Positions 19,831 through 33,515 are shown, counted from the first letter of the stretch. The stretch is DNA of 64,000 nt from Opitutaceae bacterium (GCA_051252375.1 JBPOFY010000002.1:160001-224000); one strand, 5' to 3'. The notes: generated from the letters alone by a model not told the origin. Numbers and translations are program-made.

Positions 19831-20700
19831 TTAAAGCTTCTTCGCTGCCTCAAGGAATTCCTTAGCGGTCCAAGTCGCGCCCTCTTTTCGATACGCCACA
19901 CGCCCCGTGGCATCCACGAGCAAGGTAGCCATTGTGTGATTGATCGTGCCGTCTTCTTCCATCGTCAAGATCCCGAACTGGCGCAAGAGATCCTCCACCA
20001 ACTCTCTAGTGCCGGTCAACATATGGAAATTCTCCAAATCAATCCCATAGCCGTCCGCGTATTGACGCAAAACACCAGGCGAGTCGAACTCAGGATCAAA
20101 AGTGATCGTAACAAAATGTAAATCATCCAAGCCCGCTTCACGTGCGCTGTCTTGGATCTCAGACATACGAGTCGTCGATGCCGGGCACATCGTCGGCACC
20201 GTGCAACGAGTGAAAATAAAATTCAGAACAAAGGCCTTACCCTGAAGCTCTCGTATCTGCAGGAAATTTCCGTTCTGATCGATCATCGCAAAGTTCGGAA
20301 TATATTCCCCCTGCTTCACATACTTGCGGCGACTCATCGTCCCGGTGGCTTTGTGCAAGCGCGAGTTCACATCCTTCATCGCCTTAGCACCTGCACCATC
20401 TACAGGAAAGACGCGCTCCAAATGCCAAAGCTTATTATAAAAAGCTGCATCCGCTCGTATCGTCCGACCAGTATAATCAATTTCAGCATCACCCAGCCCG
20501 ACCTTGAACTCTAGCGTCTCGCCTACTTTCAAGCTGTCATCCGCCGACTCAGTCAATGCCACACGGTAGATACGACTATCAGACAAACATTCAACCACAC
20601 GCCCTTGGACAGAAACCGCATCGGCAAAACCAATGGAAGTCAGGACGGGAACAATTAATGAAAATAGAATTATACGAAGCATCGAATTAGGCTGAGACAA
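19831..20700 (-). CDS. SCO1/SenC-family copper chaperone
   Basis: FIFTRCTVPTMCP, ITFDPEFD and conserved His in INHT. Confidence 0.9.
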   Translation of the reverse strand: MSQPNSMLRIILFSLIVPVLTSIGFADAVSVQGRVVECLSDSRIYRVALTESADDSLKVGETLEFKVGLGDAEIDYTGRTIRADAAFYNKLWHLERVFPVDGAGAKAMKDVNSRLHKATGTMSRRKYVKQGEYIPNFAMIDQNGNFLQIRELQGKAFVLNFIFTRCTVPTMCPASTTRMSEIQDSAREAGLDDLHFVTITFDPEFDSPGVLRQYADGYGIDLENFHMLTGTRELVEDLLRQFGILTMEEDGTINHTMATLLVDATGRVAYRKEGATWTAKEFLEAAKKL

Positions 20701-20759
20701 AAAGCTAAATGATCAACCTGCAAGTCACAGTTCCCATAACCCGGTCTTGTAGTAAAAGG

Positions 20760-21173
20760 CTATTTCTTAAAACGAAGCAGCAGTCCTAATGGTTCATGAC
20801 GATGGACGGCCAATACCACGGCAGAGCAAACCGTTACGACGAGCGACAACACAAACAACGTGCCACCATCGTCCTGCACAACAATACCGAGCACAGTTAA
20901 ATGTGAAGCAATGGCCCCCAACATGACTGAAATCGCTATAGCGGCCCCCGCCCAGCTCAACCGAGGAATCAACAGAAGAACCGCCGCGATCAACTCTGCC
21001 ACACCTGAGGCATAGCGACCAAACGGCTCCATCCCCACTTGCTCGAAGATGTAGATCGATTCAGGTGCGCCCGTGAATTTAAAAAATAGCGTCTGAAAGA
21101 GAATGATGGCTGCAGCAATTTGGCAGGCCCAGCTGATGCCAGTCGCGAGTTTGGATAATTTTGGTTGGTTCAT
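20760..21173 (-). CDS. DoxX-family membrane protein
   Basis: ILFQTLFFKFTGAPESIYIF...EPFGR..GVAELIA. Confidence 0.85.
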   Translation of the reverse strand: MNQPKLSKLATGISWACQIAAAIILFQTLFFKFTGAPESIYIFEQVGMEPFGRYASGVAELIAAVLLLIPRLSWAGAAIAISVMLGAIASHLTVLGIVVQDDGGTLFVLSLVVTVCSAVVLAVHRHEPLGLLLRFKK

Positions 21174-21445
21174 AGTAAAAAAGTAGTTAGAAGTCAGTAG
21201 TTAGTATATAGAGGCCCAGGTGTTAAGACCGACTGGATTCTCGCCGTTTTGGCGCAAGCCACGGCGACAGTAAGTCTTTCATGATGTATGCCTAACTTCT
21301 CAATTCTAGCTCCTAGCTCCTGTATTCAAGTTCATAGTATGTTTTGCTGTGTGACGACCTCACGTTCCTATTTATTCCATTAGATCACGAATTATTACGA
21401 AACCAACACGACGGCTGACAACGCGGTAATCATACGCGCACCACG

Positions 21446-21471
21446 GGTAGCGGCGGTCGTCCCGACCGCCA
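21446..21471. repeat. GTAG-type REP, single copy
   Basis: GGTAGCGGCGGTCGTCCCGACCGCCA, identical to the copy at 25810. Confidence 0.8.
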
Positions 21472-21512
21472 CCACGTTGAATTCACCAAACAGACATGAC
21501 CGCTCACACCAC

Positions 21513-21543
21513 AAAAAAGCCCCGACCTTTCGGTCGGGGCTTT
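21513..21543 (-). terminator. Terminator downstream of groEL
   Basis: Minus strand AAAGCCCCGACC-GAAA-GGTCGGGGCTTTTTT. Confidence 0.9.
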
Positions 21544-21585
21544 GTATAATGTGTATTTGGTGTCGAACGGTGTAACCCTTGCGGA

Positions 21586-23238
<1,653 letters not shown>

Positions 23239-23280
23239 TTACTTTATTTCGTATTTATTTTTAAGAGTGAGAAACGTCGA

Positions 23281-23568
23281 TTAAGCAATCACACCAAGGA
23301 TGCTATCTTCGTCGATGAGGATATACTCAACGCCGTCCACCTTGACAGGTGTGCCGCCGTATTGAGGAAGGAGGACCCTGTCGCCCTTCTTGACATTGAA
23401 AGGGATCACTTTACCAGCGTCGTCTTTCTTGCCTGTGCCCAGTGCGACAACTTCTGCCTCCTGAGATTTTTCTTTAGCTGAATCAGGGATAATGATTCCG
23501 CCGCGGACTTGTTCATCTTCTTCAATGCGTTTCAAAAGAACGCGTTCACCGAGTGGTTTGATTTTCAT
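23281..23568 (-). CDS. groS: Co-chaperonin GroES
   Basis: [11 protein letters not shown]...[12 protein letters not shown]. Confidence 0.98.
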   Translation of the reverse strand: MKIKPLGERVLLKRIEEDEQVRGGIIIPDSAKEKSQEAEVVALGTGKKDDAGKVIPFNVKKGDRVLLPQYGGTPVKVDGVEYILIDEDSILGVIA

Positions 23569-23602
23569 ATATATTTCTATTTTTAGTTTGGAGATTTAGT
23601 GG

Positions 23603-23649
23603 TTAACAAAAGCCGCGCTCGGACATCGTATCCGGGCGCGGCTTGTTAA
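23603..23649 (-). terminator. Stem-loop between dnaK and groES (weak terminator or stabiliser)
   Basis: Minus AAGCCGCGCCCGGA...TCCGAGCGCGGCTTTTG. Confidence 0.6.
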
Positions 23650-23652
23650 AGT

Positions 23653-25599
<1,947 letters not shown>

Positions 25600-25611
25600 G
25601 CCAATTGCTTA

Positions 25612-25626
25612 GCATTCGCGATGCCA
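25612..25626 (-). promoter_or_regulatory. Putative sigma54 (-24/-12) promoter of dnaK
   Basis: TGGCATCGCGAATGC with exact GG-N10-GC spacing. Confidence 0.65.
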
Positions 25627-25643
25627 TCGCCAAATATAAAACA

Positions 25644-25656
25644 TAAAGCATTGATA
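25644..25656 (-). promoter_or_regulatory. IHF consensus site
   Basis: TATCAATGCTTTA fits WATCAANNNNTTR in an AT-rich tract between promoter and putative enhancer. Confidence 0.55.
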
Positions 25657-25710
25657 AATAGTTACTTAAAAATAAATCACCCCCACATGACCGAGTCAAT
25701 AGGAGGGAGA

Positions 25711-25774
25711 TGTGCGCCAGTGTGTCACACCTAATGTCACAGTGCGCAGAGCCTGTCCCAGCTTTGTGTCACAG
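25711..25774. promoter_or_regulatory. Putative upstream activator sequences (repeated TGTCAC / TGCGC half-sites)
   Basis: TGCGCCAGTGTGTCAC, TGTCACAGTGCGCA and TGTGTCACA, 110-170 bp upstream of the promoter. Confidence 0.45.
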
Positions 25775-25809
25775 CTTACTGTTTAAGGGGCCGCTTTTAA
25801 AACAGAGCT

Positions 25810-25907
25810 GGTAGCGGCGGTCGTCCCGACCGCCATATGTGGGAGTAACAGGTAACCGCAGAATGGCTTACAACTCTGTGATGGCGGTCGGGACGACCGC
25901 CGCTACC
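25810..25907. repeat. GTAG-type REP doublet (inverted pair)
   Basis: GGTAGCGGCGGTCGTCCCGACCGCCAT ... ATGGCGGTCGGGACGACCGCCGCTACC, a perfect inverted copy. Confidence 0.9.
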
Positions 25908-25934
25908 TCACTGACTCCTGACTCCTAAAAGCCC

Positions 25935-27050
25935 CTACTCCACCATCGTGAAGTTCAGACCCAAGTCCTGTTCCAATCTTGAAATTTTGATGCGCTCGTT
26001 GGGTTCGATCAATGTGATGGATACGCCCTTCTTGCCAGCTCGTGCGGTGCGACCACTGCGGTGTGTGTAGTATTGCATCGCATCAGGCAATTGGTGCTGG
26101 ATGACAAAGGCCAAGCCTTCGACGTCGATTCCGCGGGCTGCCACGTCTGTGGCGATCAAATGCTGTATGCGCTCATTTCGAAAGCCGCGCATAATTTTAT
26201 CGCGATCACGCTGACTTAAGTCGCCCTGCAATACCGCAACGGAGAGCCCTTTCTTGCTCAGCTCTTGGCCCAAGCGCAAGGCCCCTGCCCGAGTTCTGGC
26301 AAAGATCAATCCGCGCTCACCCTCATGTGTTAATAAATACTTGGCGATGAAATCGTCTTTCTCTTCACGCGCACAGATTGCGTATTGATGATCAATATTG
26401 CGGTTCACCACTTCTTTCGCAGCCACCTTCACCGTGTGCGCCTTGGGCGACATGTTATTGTCGATCAAACCCTGCACACGCTTCTGAAACGTCGCCGAAA
26501 AGAGCCAAGTGCTTTTACGCGCTTTGGTTTCCTTAAAGATAGCTGCCAATTCCTGCTTAAAGCCCATGCTCAACATCTCATCGGCCTCATCGAGCACGAG
26601 ATATTTCACTGACTCCAACGAAAGCTGCTTGTCCAACAGGTCCATCAAGCGACCCGGCGTAGCGACCAGAATATGTGTCGGGCGTGAAAGACGCTCGATT
26701 TGCATCTCGATCTTGTCACCACCTGCAGCGACCTCGATAAAGATTTTATCGTTGGCGTATTTAGTAAATTTAAAGAGCTGCTTACCGATCTGCTTGGCGA
26801 GTTCACGGGTGGGCGCGATGATGAGCGCTTGAATCTCCTTCTTACTAGGATTCACCTTCGTGAGTAACGGCAAGCCAAACGCGGCGGTCTTCCCGGTGCC
26901 TGTTTGCGCTTGCGCAATGAGATCGCTGCCATCCTCGATCAAAAACGGAATCACCTGTTCTTGAATCGGAGTTGGAGACTGAATACCCAACTCTTCGATA
27001 CCAAGTATCAGATCTGAGGGAACGCCAAGCTGTTGAAATGTCTGTGCCAT
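25935..27050 (-). CDS. DEAD-box RNA helicase
   Basis: Q motif, AQTGTGKT, PTRELA, DEAD, SAT and HRSGRTAR. Confidence 0.95.
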   Translation of the reverse strand: MAQTFQQLGVPSDLILGIEELGIQSPTPIQEQVIPFLIEDGSDLIAQAQTGTGKTAAFGLPLLTKVNPSKKEIQALIIAPTRELAKQIGKQLFKFTKYANDKIFIEVAAGGDKIEMQIERLSRPTHILVATPGRLMDLLDKQLSLESVKYLVLDEADEMLSMGFKQELAAIFKETKARKSTWLFSATFQKRVQGLIDNNMSPKAHTVKVAAKEVVNRNIDHQYAICAREEKDDFIAKYLLTHEGERGLIFARTRAGALRLGQELSKKGLSVAVLQGDLSQRDRDKIMRGFRNERIQHLIATDVAARGIDVEGLAFVIQHQLPDAMQYYTHRSGRTARAGKKGVSITLIEPNERIKISRLEQDLGLNFTMVE

Positions 27051-27121
27051 AATCGGATACTTAACACAGACGAGTATGCAATACGACAACAAGAATCGTC
27101 CAAAAGACGAAACGCGCTCTA

Positions 27122-29029
27122 TTACGGAAGCGCTAAAGCTGGCACCACAGCCAATGCATCGGCTGAATATGGGTTCTGCCCATTCTTGTTGCCCAGTGCA
27201 TCCATCACTTCAGGGAAACTTTCGAGGAAATTGTTTTCGTCGATCAGATTGATAAAATAATGCGTCGTGCCCTCGGGTAGTTGAACCGTGAGCGTTTTAT
27301 TCGGTTTCACCTCGGTGGACTTCCGAAACCACTCTTCGTATTTATGCCCACCGTTGAGCGTATAAATCAAATTCGCGCGAAGCACTTTGGCACCATTCTC
27401 CTCCCAAGCGACTGTGACTCGATCACCAGACAGTTCATGCGAGACCACCTTGCAAACTTTCTCCTTGTTGGGGATCGGCCACTTACAGTCAGGATTATAG
27501 TAAGGGTAGCTGGCATCCATTTCAGTGAGAATCGTAGTCAACTGCTCATTCATCGCCGCGGCCTTCTCTGGCATTTTCTTAGCGAGATCGTTTGCTTCTT
27601 CGATATCAACACGCACCTGCTCACCATCGACCGTCTTGTATAACTCATAGAGTTCTAGCTCGGAGGTTCTAGGATTGTTCAAATGATCATAGTTTCGGAC
27701 CAACTTATATCCGCCGACACGAATCGTGCTTTCGAGCGCAATGCTATGCGGGAAATGCCAAACCATGGTGTCGCGTGGTGCGCCATCGGCATCCAAAACC
27801 AACTCAGAATTTCGAGGATCCTCCAACAGTAGCTTGGACAAGTCCGCGCCATCCAGATGCTTTTGCTGCGGCTTTTCGACGCCGGCCAGCGATAGAATCG
27901 TGGGATAAAAATCCAAGCCATTCACCAATACATCGGACTGCACATCGGCTGCAATCCCTGGACCGCGAATGATTAGCGGGACACGTGTGCCGCCTTCCAT
28001 CGCGGAAATTTTACCGCGATCCAAAGGATAGTTATCCGTAATAATTTCTCCAGGATGCCGCTCCATGCCGCCATTATCAGAAGTAAAGATCAGGTAAGTG
28101 TTCTCGCTAAGCATATGCCCGGGCCAGCGTGGATCTTCCGTCTCTTCCAAATACTTCAGCAATCGACCGATGTGGTAATCGAGTTCTTCGACCATCGCAC
28201 AGTAGAACGGATTGGTCTGCCCTTCCCCTTTCCACTCGTTTGGATTCTCTGGAAGTTCGACACCTAGTTTTTCGCAATACTTTTTCAGCAAGGCTTCGCT
28301 GCGCGTGTGGATCGGCGTGTGAACGAGCCAAGTCGCGTAATAGAGAAAGAACGGTTGCTCCGCATGTTCGCGGATAAACTGCATAGCGTCCTCACTGTTC
28401 TGATGATATGGAAAACCATTTTCGTCTAAACGATAGCGGTCACCTTCTTGATCGGTCGCAAAGCCCGTTAACCGATGTGGCCTCATACGCTGAGTCGTGC
28501 CGAGATTGTGGCGCGTCCAATCGAAGCCCTGATCCTCCGGTTGAGGATACGCATTGTGATTGATCGCCATGTGCCACTTACCGCAGTGCCCAGTGACATA
28601 ACCATTTTGCTGCAACACACGAGCCAAGGTCAGCTCGTTTTCTAGCATGCGCCCGCTATACCAAGGAGGCATCATTCGAAACTGTGTCTTATTGTATGGA
28701 GTTGGTGGACCACCACCTACAACATGAGTCTTTTGAGCCCGCGCCGGATGATTGCCACTCATGATCGCACAGCGAGTCGGCGCGCATGTTGGTGAAGGCG
28801 AATAGGCCTGCCAAAACATCACCCCTTGCTTAGCGAGACTGTCCATGTTTGGCGTTTCCATCGGCGACGGCTCGTCGATATCGTAACACTTCACATCCTG
28901 CCAACCGAGGTCATCGGTCAATAAGAGTATGACGTTCGGCTGGTTGGGGCGCGTCGCTTCAGCCGTTGCGGTGGATGCTGCCGCACACGCGAGCAACGCA
29001 ATCGAGAATTTAAAAGTGGTTCGTAGCAT
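27122..29029 (-). CDS. Sulfatase (S1, Cys-type), secreted
   Basis: DDLGW, CAPTR (CxPxR), GKWH and SDNGG motifs with a signal peptide. Confidence 0.93.
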   Translation of the reverse strand: MLRTTFKFSIALLACAAASTATAEATRPNQPNVILLLTDDLGWQDVKCYDIDEPSPMETPNMDSLAKQGVMFWQAYSPSPTCAPTRCAIMSGNHPARAQKTHVVGGGPPTPYNKTQFRMMPPWYSGRMLENELTLARVLQQNGYVTGHCGKWHMAINHNAYPQPEDQGFDWTRHNLGTTQRMRPHRLTGFATDQEGDRYRLDENGFPYHQNSEDAMQFIREHAEQPFFLYYATWLVHTPIHTRSEALLKKYCEKLGVELPENPNEWKGEGQTNPFYCAMVEELDYHIGRLLKYLEETEDPRWPGHMLSENTYLIFTSDNGGMERHPGEIITDNYPLDRGKISAMEGGTRVPLIIRGPGIAADVQSDVLVNGLDFYPTILSLAGVEKPQQKHLDGADLSKLLLEDPRNSELVLDADGAPRDTMVWHFPHSIALESTIRVGGYKLVRNYDHLNNPRTSELELYELYKTVDGEQVRVDIEEANDLAKKMPEKAAAMNEQLTTILTEMDASYPYYNPDCKWPIPNKEKVCKVVSHELSGDRVTVAWEENGAKVLRANLIYTLNGGHKYEEWFRKSTEVKPNKTLTVQLPEGTTHYFINLIDENNFLESFPEVMDALGNKNGQNPYSADALAVVPALALP

Positions 29030-29190
29030 ACTTATTACAGATTCAGAATAGACCATAAGCGGGCTTAATCCCGTGCAGTTTAACTATGTTTGCAGATTGC
29101 CTTTCTAACAAGTCCATTGTTACTAATAGCATTAAAATTAGGTCTCTTTCAACTAGTCGGCAAACTGGCTAATCAGCCTCACCTAAATAA

Positions 29191-32100
29191 ATGTTTCACT
29201 CAAAAATCATTCTATGCCTTTGCTCCTTCTGGATATTGTGCAGCAGCTACGCCCAAGAGCCCTCAACCGAGGCAGTCGATGGCACCGCAACCAGCGTCAG
29301 CACCGCATCCAACCCACCCCTACTGGATGCTCGCGATTACTCTTATGCATACTGGTTGAATGGTTTCCGCAAAAACACAGACGACCACTCTGCCGATGTG
29401 CTTTGCTTTGAAACGGGACACTTTGGTTTCGCCTTGGACTTAGCCAATCTACCACAGGCACGCTTCGGTCAGTCGAATAATACACAGCGAGGCTATCTCG
29501 GCGGTCTCAACAATACGACCAGTCAGATCGCACAATTAGCGCCCGCAGAGTTATTGATTCAACTAGGCAGCTCCAAACGAGTCTTTACCGCGCAGCGCAG
29601 TGTCACCGGACCCCGCAATGTGGCACGCCGTCTACAGGACAACCGGATGTGGGAATCCGGGCGCTACATGCAGCACTACGATATGCAGCACATCATCCTC
29701 GAAGATGATGCCGGCAACAGCATAAGCTGCGATGCACGCCTCAATATCGCGGCATGGCCGAAGTCGCTGACTTTAACAGCAACTATCACCCCCGAGTTAC
29801 CCTTTATGAATGGACCGACCATCGGCTTGGTTGGAAATGGTCACAACGTAGTCGATGCACCCCTCGAAATCAGTCCGCCAGAAAACATCGATTCTGAAAC
29901 TTTCACTTTAGAGTGTTGGGTCAAGGTGCCACGTAATGCATCTAGGTCCAATCAAGGTGCGCTTCTCAGTATGAACGGCAGCGATACCGATGACGGTCAT
30001 ATCGGCTTTTCGATCCGCAATGATCGTATCGACGCCTCGATGAATATCGGCGGTAACCACAGGAATCGCAAAACCTTGCGAGAGCAAAAACACAGATTAT
30101 TCAAACTCGATGAATGGTGCCACCTCGTCGTCAGTTACGATGGTCAAACCATGCACTTCTATGTCAACGGACACTTGGAAAGTAGCCAAGTAATCGGCAA
30201 AGCGCGCAGACCCGGACTAGGCACCTTCAAACTCGGTGGCAGCACCTATGCGACCTTTGATCAGATACGCTTCTGGAACCGCGCCTTGAGCCTAGATGAG
30301 ATCGAAGACCACCAAGCGAAACCAGCCGAACTCGCCACAAGCAACGGGCTCAACTTCGAAAAGACCTTCGATGCACCAAGCGACCCGGCACCACTACAAT
30401 ATCTTTGGCAAGATGTGAGCATGCGCATGCAATTGAAGACCCAAGGTCAAACTTGGGAAGTGCGTGCCCCCAGTGTCGAAACATGGGAGATGGGCGTCAC
30501 ACGAGAGCTCACACTCAACTGCCAAGTTGTCCCAGATGAAGTCTCCGACAAACAACCGGAAATCGCGCTCACAACTGCCGACGGTAAAAACGTGCCTGTC
30601 ACCTTTGAAGAAAACCTCAACACTCACGTCGCCGAAGTCAAAAAACTGAAACGCACATGGAAGACCGGCTACACCGACATTCGCAACTACGACGAGTTTA
30701 CTGTGACGGTCAATAATACCGACGACAACAAACGCAGCGTCCCCTTCATGCTCTACCTCCGCGACGTGGCAAACATCACTGGGCTCTGCCCCATGCTGTG
30801 CGATGCAGACGGCAAACCCACCGGCATCCCCGTGCAACTCAGCAAAAACTGGCACTACGGAAAACTCGGTTCCTACCTACGCGCCTACACCCTGCTCCCC
30901 GCCGAACCGGGCAAGACCGAATACACCTTACGCATCGCCTACGGTTTCTATGGCACCCTGCCCTCCGCGTCCCATGCACAACTCTCCCTCGTCGGTTACG
31001 GCGGCAATGGTCGCTGGGATCAACTCGCCATCGGCTGCTGGGGCGAAACGATTTGCTTCGATGTGGACCGCAGTTGCGTCGATGTCGGCATCACTGATGT
31101 GCGCATGCTCATGGCACGCACAGGTGCCAATGGCAAAAAGTGGAATTGGACCGATGCCGGTTGGGGCGGCGACTGGCTACAAGTATCGGATGCATCCGGT
31201 CAGCGCCACCATCCCGCCGAATTCAAAACCGCCTACCTCGCGCATGGTCCTTGCCTCACCGACGTGCGCTATGATGGCAAATATGGTGCCGCCCGCGAAG
31301 TCGATGTCTCTGCCAAAGTGCAGACCCTGCGCACTGATGACTACGTCCGCACCTTTCAGAAGTTCCGTTACACCTTCGACCAAGAAGTCTCCACTAAGGG
31401 TGCATGGCTCTTCAAGTTGGGTCGCACCAGCAACTATGCCGTCCCCACCATCGCCTACGGCAACGCCGAAGGTCTGATCGCGAATAAGGACGTGCCCAGT
31501 AGCCTCAAAAAAGGTGAGGACTTCATCGACCAGACCACCATCGAGGGTAAGGCGCCTTGGTGGTTCAGCTTCCCAGGTGCCTACAAAAACCCAGCAGATG
31601 AAAAAGGCCCCGGCTATCGCGCACTAGTCATCCGCGGCTATAAGGCCACGCTCAGCGGGAAGGAATACAACAATCCCACGATCTCTGTCCCCGTGTATCA
31701 AGTCCTCCGCGACGGCGCCATCAACCTCGACTTACTCCTCACCGCCCCCAAAGGAGTCGAAGCCTTCATGCCTGGCGATACCATCGAAATGGATCTCGAA
31801 TGGATCACGCTACACAGCGAAGCAGACGACTACTACGGTCCCAACGAAACCTACCGCCAACACCTAACAGAAAACCCGAGCTCCTGGAAGACCACCTACC
31901 GCGAAGCCATCGGCAATGATCTCAAGGTCCATGTCACCGGCGGTCAGTTGATCAACCGCTACCCCATCGAGATACAGGCTCAACCCGGACAAGAAATCCG
32001 CGTCTCCATCGAAGGCGGCGTCGGCGCAGTCCCCATCCAATTCGACAGTATCCCCGCTGCCACCGGCTACACGCTCTACCAAGTCGTGAATGGTAAACAA

Positions 32101-32238
32101 ATCAAACTCGACCAATCCGTGCACGGCAACGACTTCTGGCAAGTCGACTACGACGCCGCGAAAAACAGCTACAAGTTCACCTACAACCTCGAACTCGACA
32201 ACTTAACCACGTCACACTGGATCTTCAAAAAGGACTGA
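29191..32238 (+). CDS. Large secreted protein with an internal LamG/ConA-like domain
   Basis: Signal peptide; FTLECWVK...WCHLVVSYDG..MHFYVNG...FDQIRFWNRALS. Confidence 0.85.
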   Translation: MFHSKIILCLCSFWILCSSYAQEPSTEAVDGTATSVSTASNPPLLDARDYSYAYWLNGFRKNTDDHSADVLCFETGHFGFALDLANLPQARFGQSNNTQRGYLGGLNNTTSQIAQLAPAELLIQLGSSKRVFTAQRSVTGPRNVARRLQDNRMWESGRYMQHYDMQHIILEDDAGNSISCDARLNIAAWPKSLTLTATITPELPFMNGPTIGLVGNGHNVVDAPLEISPPENIDSETFTLECWVKVPRNASRSNQGALLSMNGSDTDDGHIGFSIRNDRIDASMNIGGNHRNRKTLREQKHRLFKLDEWCHLVVSYDGQTMHFYVNGHLESSQVIGKARRPGLGTFKLGGSTYATFDQIRFWNRALSLDEIEDHQAKPAELATSNGLNFEKTFDAPSDPAPLQYLWQDVSMRMQLKTQGQTWEVRAPSVETWEMGVTRELTLNCQVVPDEVSDKQPEIALTTADGKNVPVTFEENLNTHVAEVKKLKRTWKTGYTDIRNYDEFTVTVNNTDDNKRSVPFMLYLRDVANITGLCPMLCDADGKPTGIPVQLSKNWHYGKLGSYLRAYTLLPAEPGKTEYTLRIAYGFYGTLPSASHAQLSLVGYGGNGRWDQLAIGCWGETICFDVDRSCVDVGITDVRMLMARTGANGKKWNWTDAGWGGDWLQVSDASGQRHHPAEFKTAYLAHGPCLTDVRYDGKYGAAREVDVSAKVQTLRTDDYVRTFQKFRYTFDQEVSTKGAWLFKLGRTSNYAVPTIAYGNAEGLIANKDVPSSLKKGEDFIDQTTIEGKAPWWFSFPGAYKNPADEKGPGYRALVIRGYKATLSGKEYNNPTISVPVYQVLRDGAINLDLLLTAPKGVEAFMPGDTIEMDLEWITLHSEADDYYGPNETYRQHLTENPSSWKTTYREAIGNDLKVHVTGGQLINRYPIEIQAQPGQEIRVSIEGGVGAVPIQFDSIPAATGYTLYQVVNGKQIKLDQSVHGNDFWQVDYDAAKNSYKFTYNLELDNLTTSHWIFKKD

Positions 32239-32295
32239 ATCGCCCGGGAACCAATACCGGGAGAGGCATCACAATTCAGGATGCAATACTATCGT

Positions 32296-32472
32296 TCATT
32301 TCTGCCAGACTTTTGCCGTCGAGACCGCTGCACCAATTATAACGATAACAGTCAGTGTAATCAGGATCCAACCACCTCCGTTGAAATTCATTTTAAACAG
32401 ACCGAATGCTAAAATTATAGCAGTTGAGATCCAAATTGCCGCTGTCGCGATTGATTTTGCTATATCATTCAT
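32296..32472 (-). CDS. Small 58-aa two-TM protein (not in the ORF track), cassette-like
   Basis: MNDIAKSIATAAIWISTAIILAFGLFKMNFNGGGWILITLTVIVIIGAAVSTAKVWQK; ATG immediately follows a degenerate attC. Confidence 0.6.
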   Translation of the reverse strand: MNDIAKSIATAAIWISTAIILAFGLFKMNFNGGGWILITLTVIVIIGAAVSTAKVWQK

Positions 32473-32473
32473 T

Positions 32474-32539
32474 TTTCAGTGTAGAGGTGTCTCAAGAAGT
32501 GGAGCGCGTATCTAAATTGAGACCATCGCCTAATTAAGC
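32474..32539 (-). repeat. Degenerate attC site
   Basis: Minus GCTTAAT TAGGC GAT[G]GTCT CAA...TTG AGACACC TCTAC ACTGAAA. Same TCTAC spacer and L-box geometry as the island attCs, with eroded R boxes. Confidence 0.6.
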
Positions 32540-32540
32540 T

Positions 32541-32918
32541 TTATTTTTGAGGAAGGATGACTCTCCTACGAGGCATGCCTGTTGCGCTGATCTGGTCGAT
32601 TTGAACCTCCTTATTCATTTCGATTTTAATACCAACAGTCACTTTTCGAAATTTAGTGCACGGGATATATTCTCCATCCGCATTCATTTCTTTTGTTTCA
32701 TATGGGACGATCTTTTCACCGTATTCTGCAAAATACCACTGATGATCATCCCTGTCTGATTGAAGTTCGATAGATGTAATTTCTTTCCCTTCAGGCAGTT
32801 GCTCGAAGGCAAGATCAAGGGCCTCTTTAATACTGATTTTTGATTCCGAATGCGCAAACCCAGCATTCAGGACAAGGGTAACTAGTGAGAAGTAGATTAC
32901 TTTATGTAGATGTGTCAT
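32541..32918 (-). CDS. Secreted hypothetical protein, cassette-like
   Basis: Signal peptide; preceded by TCAC-GTCAGGC (R'-like remnant). Confidence 0.7.
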   Translation of the reverse strand: MTHLHKVIYFSLVTLVLNAGFAHSESKISIKEALDLAFEQLPEGKEITSIELQSDRDDHQWYFAEYGEKIVPYETKEMNADGEYIPCTKFRKVTVGIKIEMNKEVQIDQISATGMPRRRVILPQK

Positions 32919-32967
32919 AATATTTCTGCCTGACGTGATGCTCTGCCCAATAGCGCGTGGATAAATT

Positions 32968-33354
32968 CTATTTCTGTTTCGCCCAAGTTGCCTGATGGAC
33001 GGTCCGCCCCTTTACATGTAAGGTTTGATGGTGAATGAGCACAAATCCGTTCTTTTTGTGTTTCATCTTATTTTCTTCGAAAGCTGCGGTTGAGATTCCG
33101 TGGTTCGACCAAAACCAGAAACGTCCGCCTGGAATCTCGGCATAATATGCACGGTAGAGTATTTCGTTTCTGTCCGATAACTTCGCTTCAACGACGACGG
33201 GATACAGAGACCGACTCCTTCGGTCGAACAGCTCTTGATATTCATGCCCATCCATCCACGACGTGAACCCGACTTCACTCTTTTTAGGTAACATGACACA
33301 TGACGTTAAGCCCATCATGAACAGCAGAACTGCTATGGTTAATATGTTCTTCAT
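32968..33354 (-). CDS. Lipoprotein, cassette-like
   Basis: Lipobox LTS-C; ATG lies 6 nt after core GTTAGAT. Confidence 0.75.
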   Translation of the reverse strand: MKNILTIAVLLFMMGLTSCVMLPKKSEVGFTSWMDGHEYQELFDRRSRSLYPVVVEAKLSDRNEILYRAYYAEIPGGRFWFWSNHGISTAAFEENKMKHKKNGFVLIHHQTLHVKGRTVHQATWAKQK

Positions 33355-33360
33355 ACTCTT

Positions 33361-33375
33361 ATCTAACAGTATTAT
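33361..33375 (-). other. Array-proximal site ATAATACT-G|TTAGAT
   Basis: 12-bp identity (TAACAGTATTAT on +) with the site at 3688-3699. Confidence 0.5.
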
Positions 33376-33515
33376 AATATCTCTTCGCTCAGATTTTGAG
33401 GTTGAGGCGGATTAAGCGAATAAAACGGCGGATAAGACCTTGCTGCAATCTATTTCATGTGGCGTTTGGTAAGAGATGACATGCCCAATGAAACGAGCAG
33501 CATTACCTATCTCAC

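Noticed and set aside
21180..21322. Heptamer-like tracts upstream of doxX (and similar at 36300-36345) as an ncRNA or riboswitch
   Set aside because: Low-complexity degenerate tandem repeats with no recognisable RNA family motif.
25609..25635. CIRCE element upstream of dnaK
   Set aside because: TTAGCATTC resembles one half-site, but the second half (GAGTGCTAA) is absent at N9.
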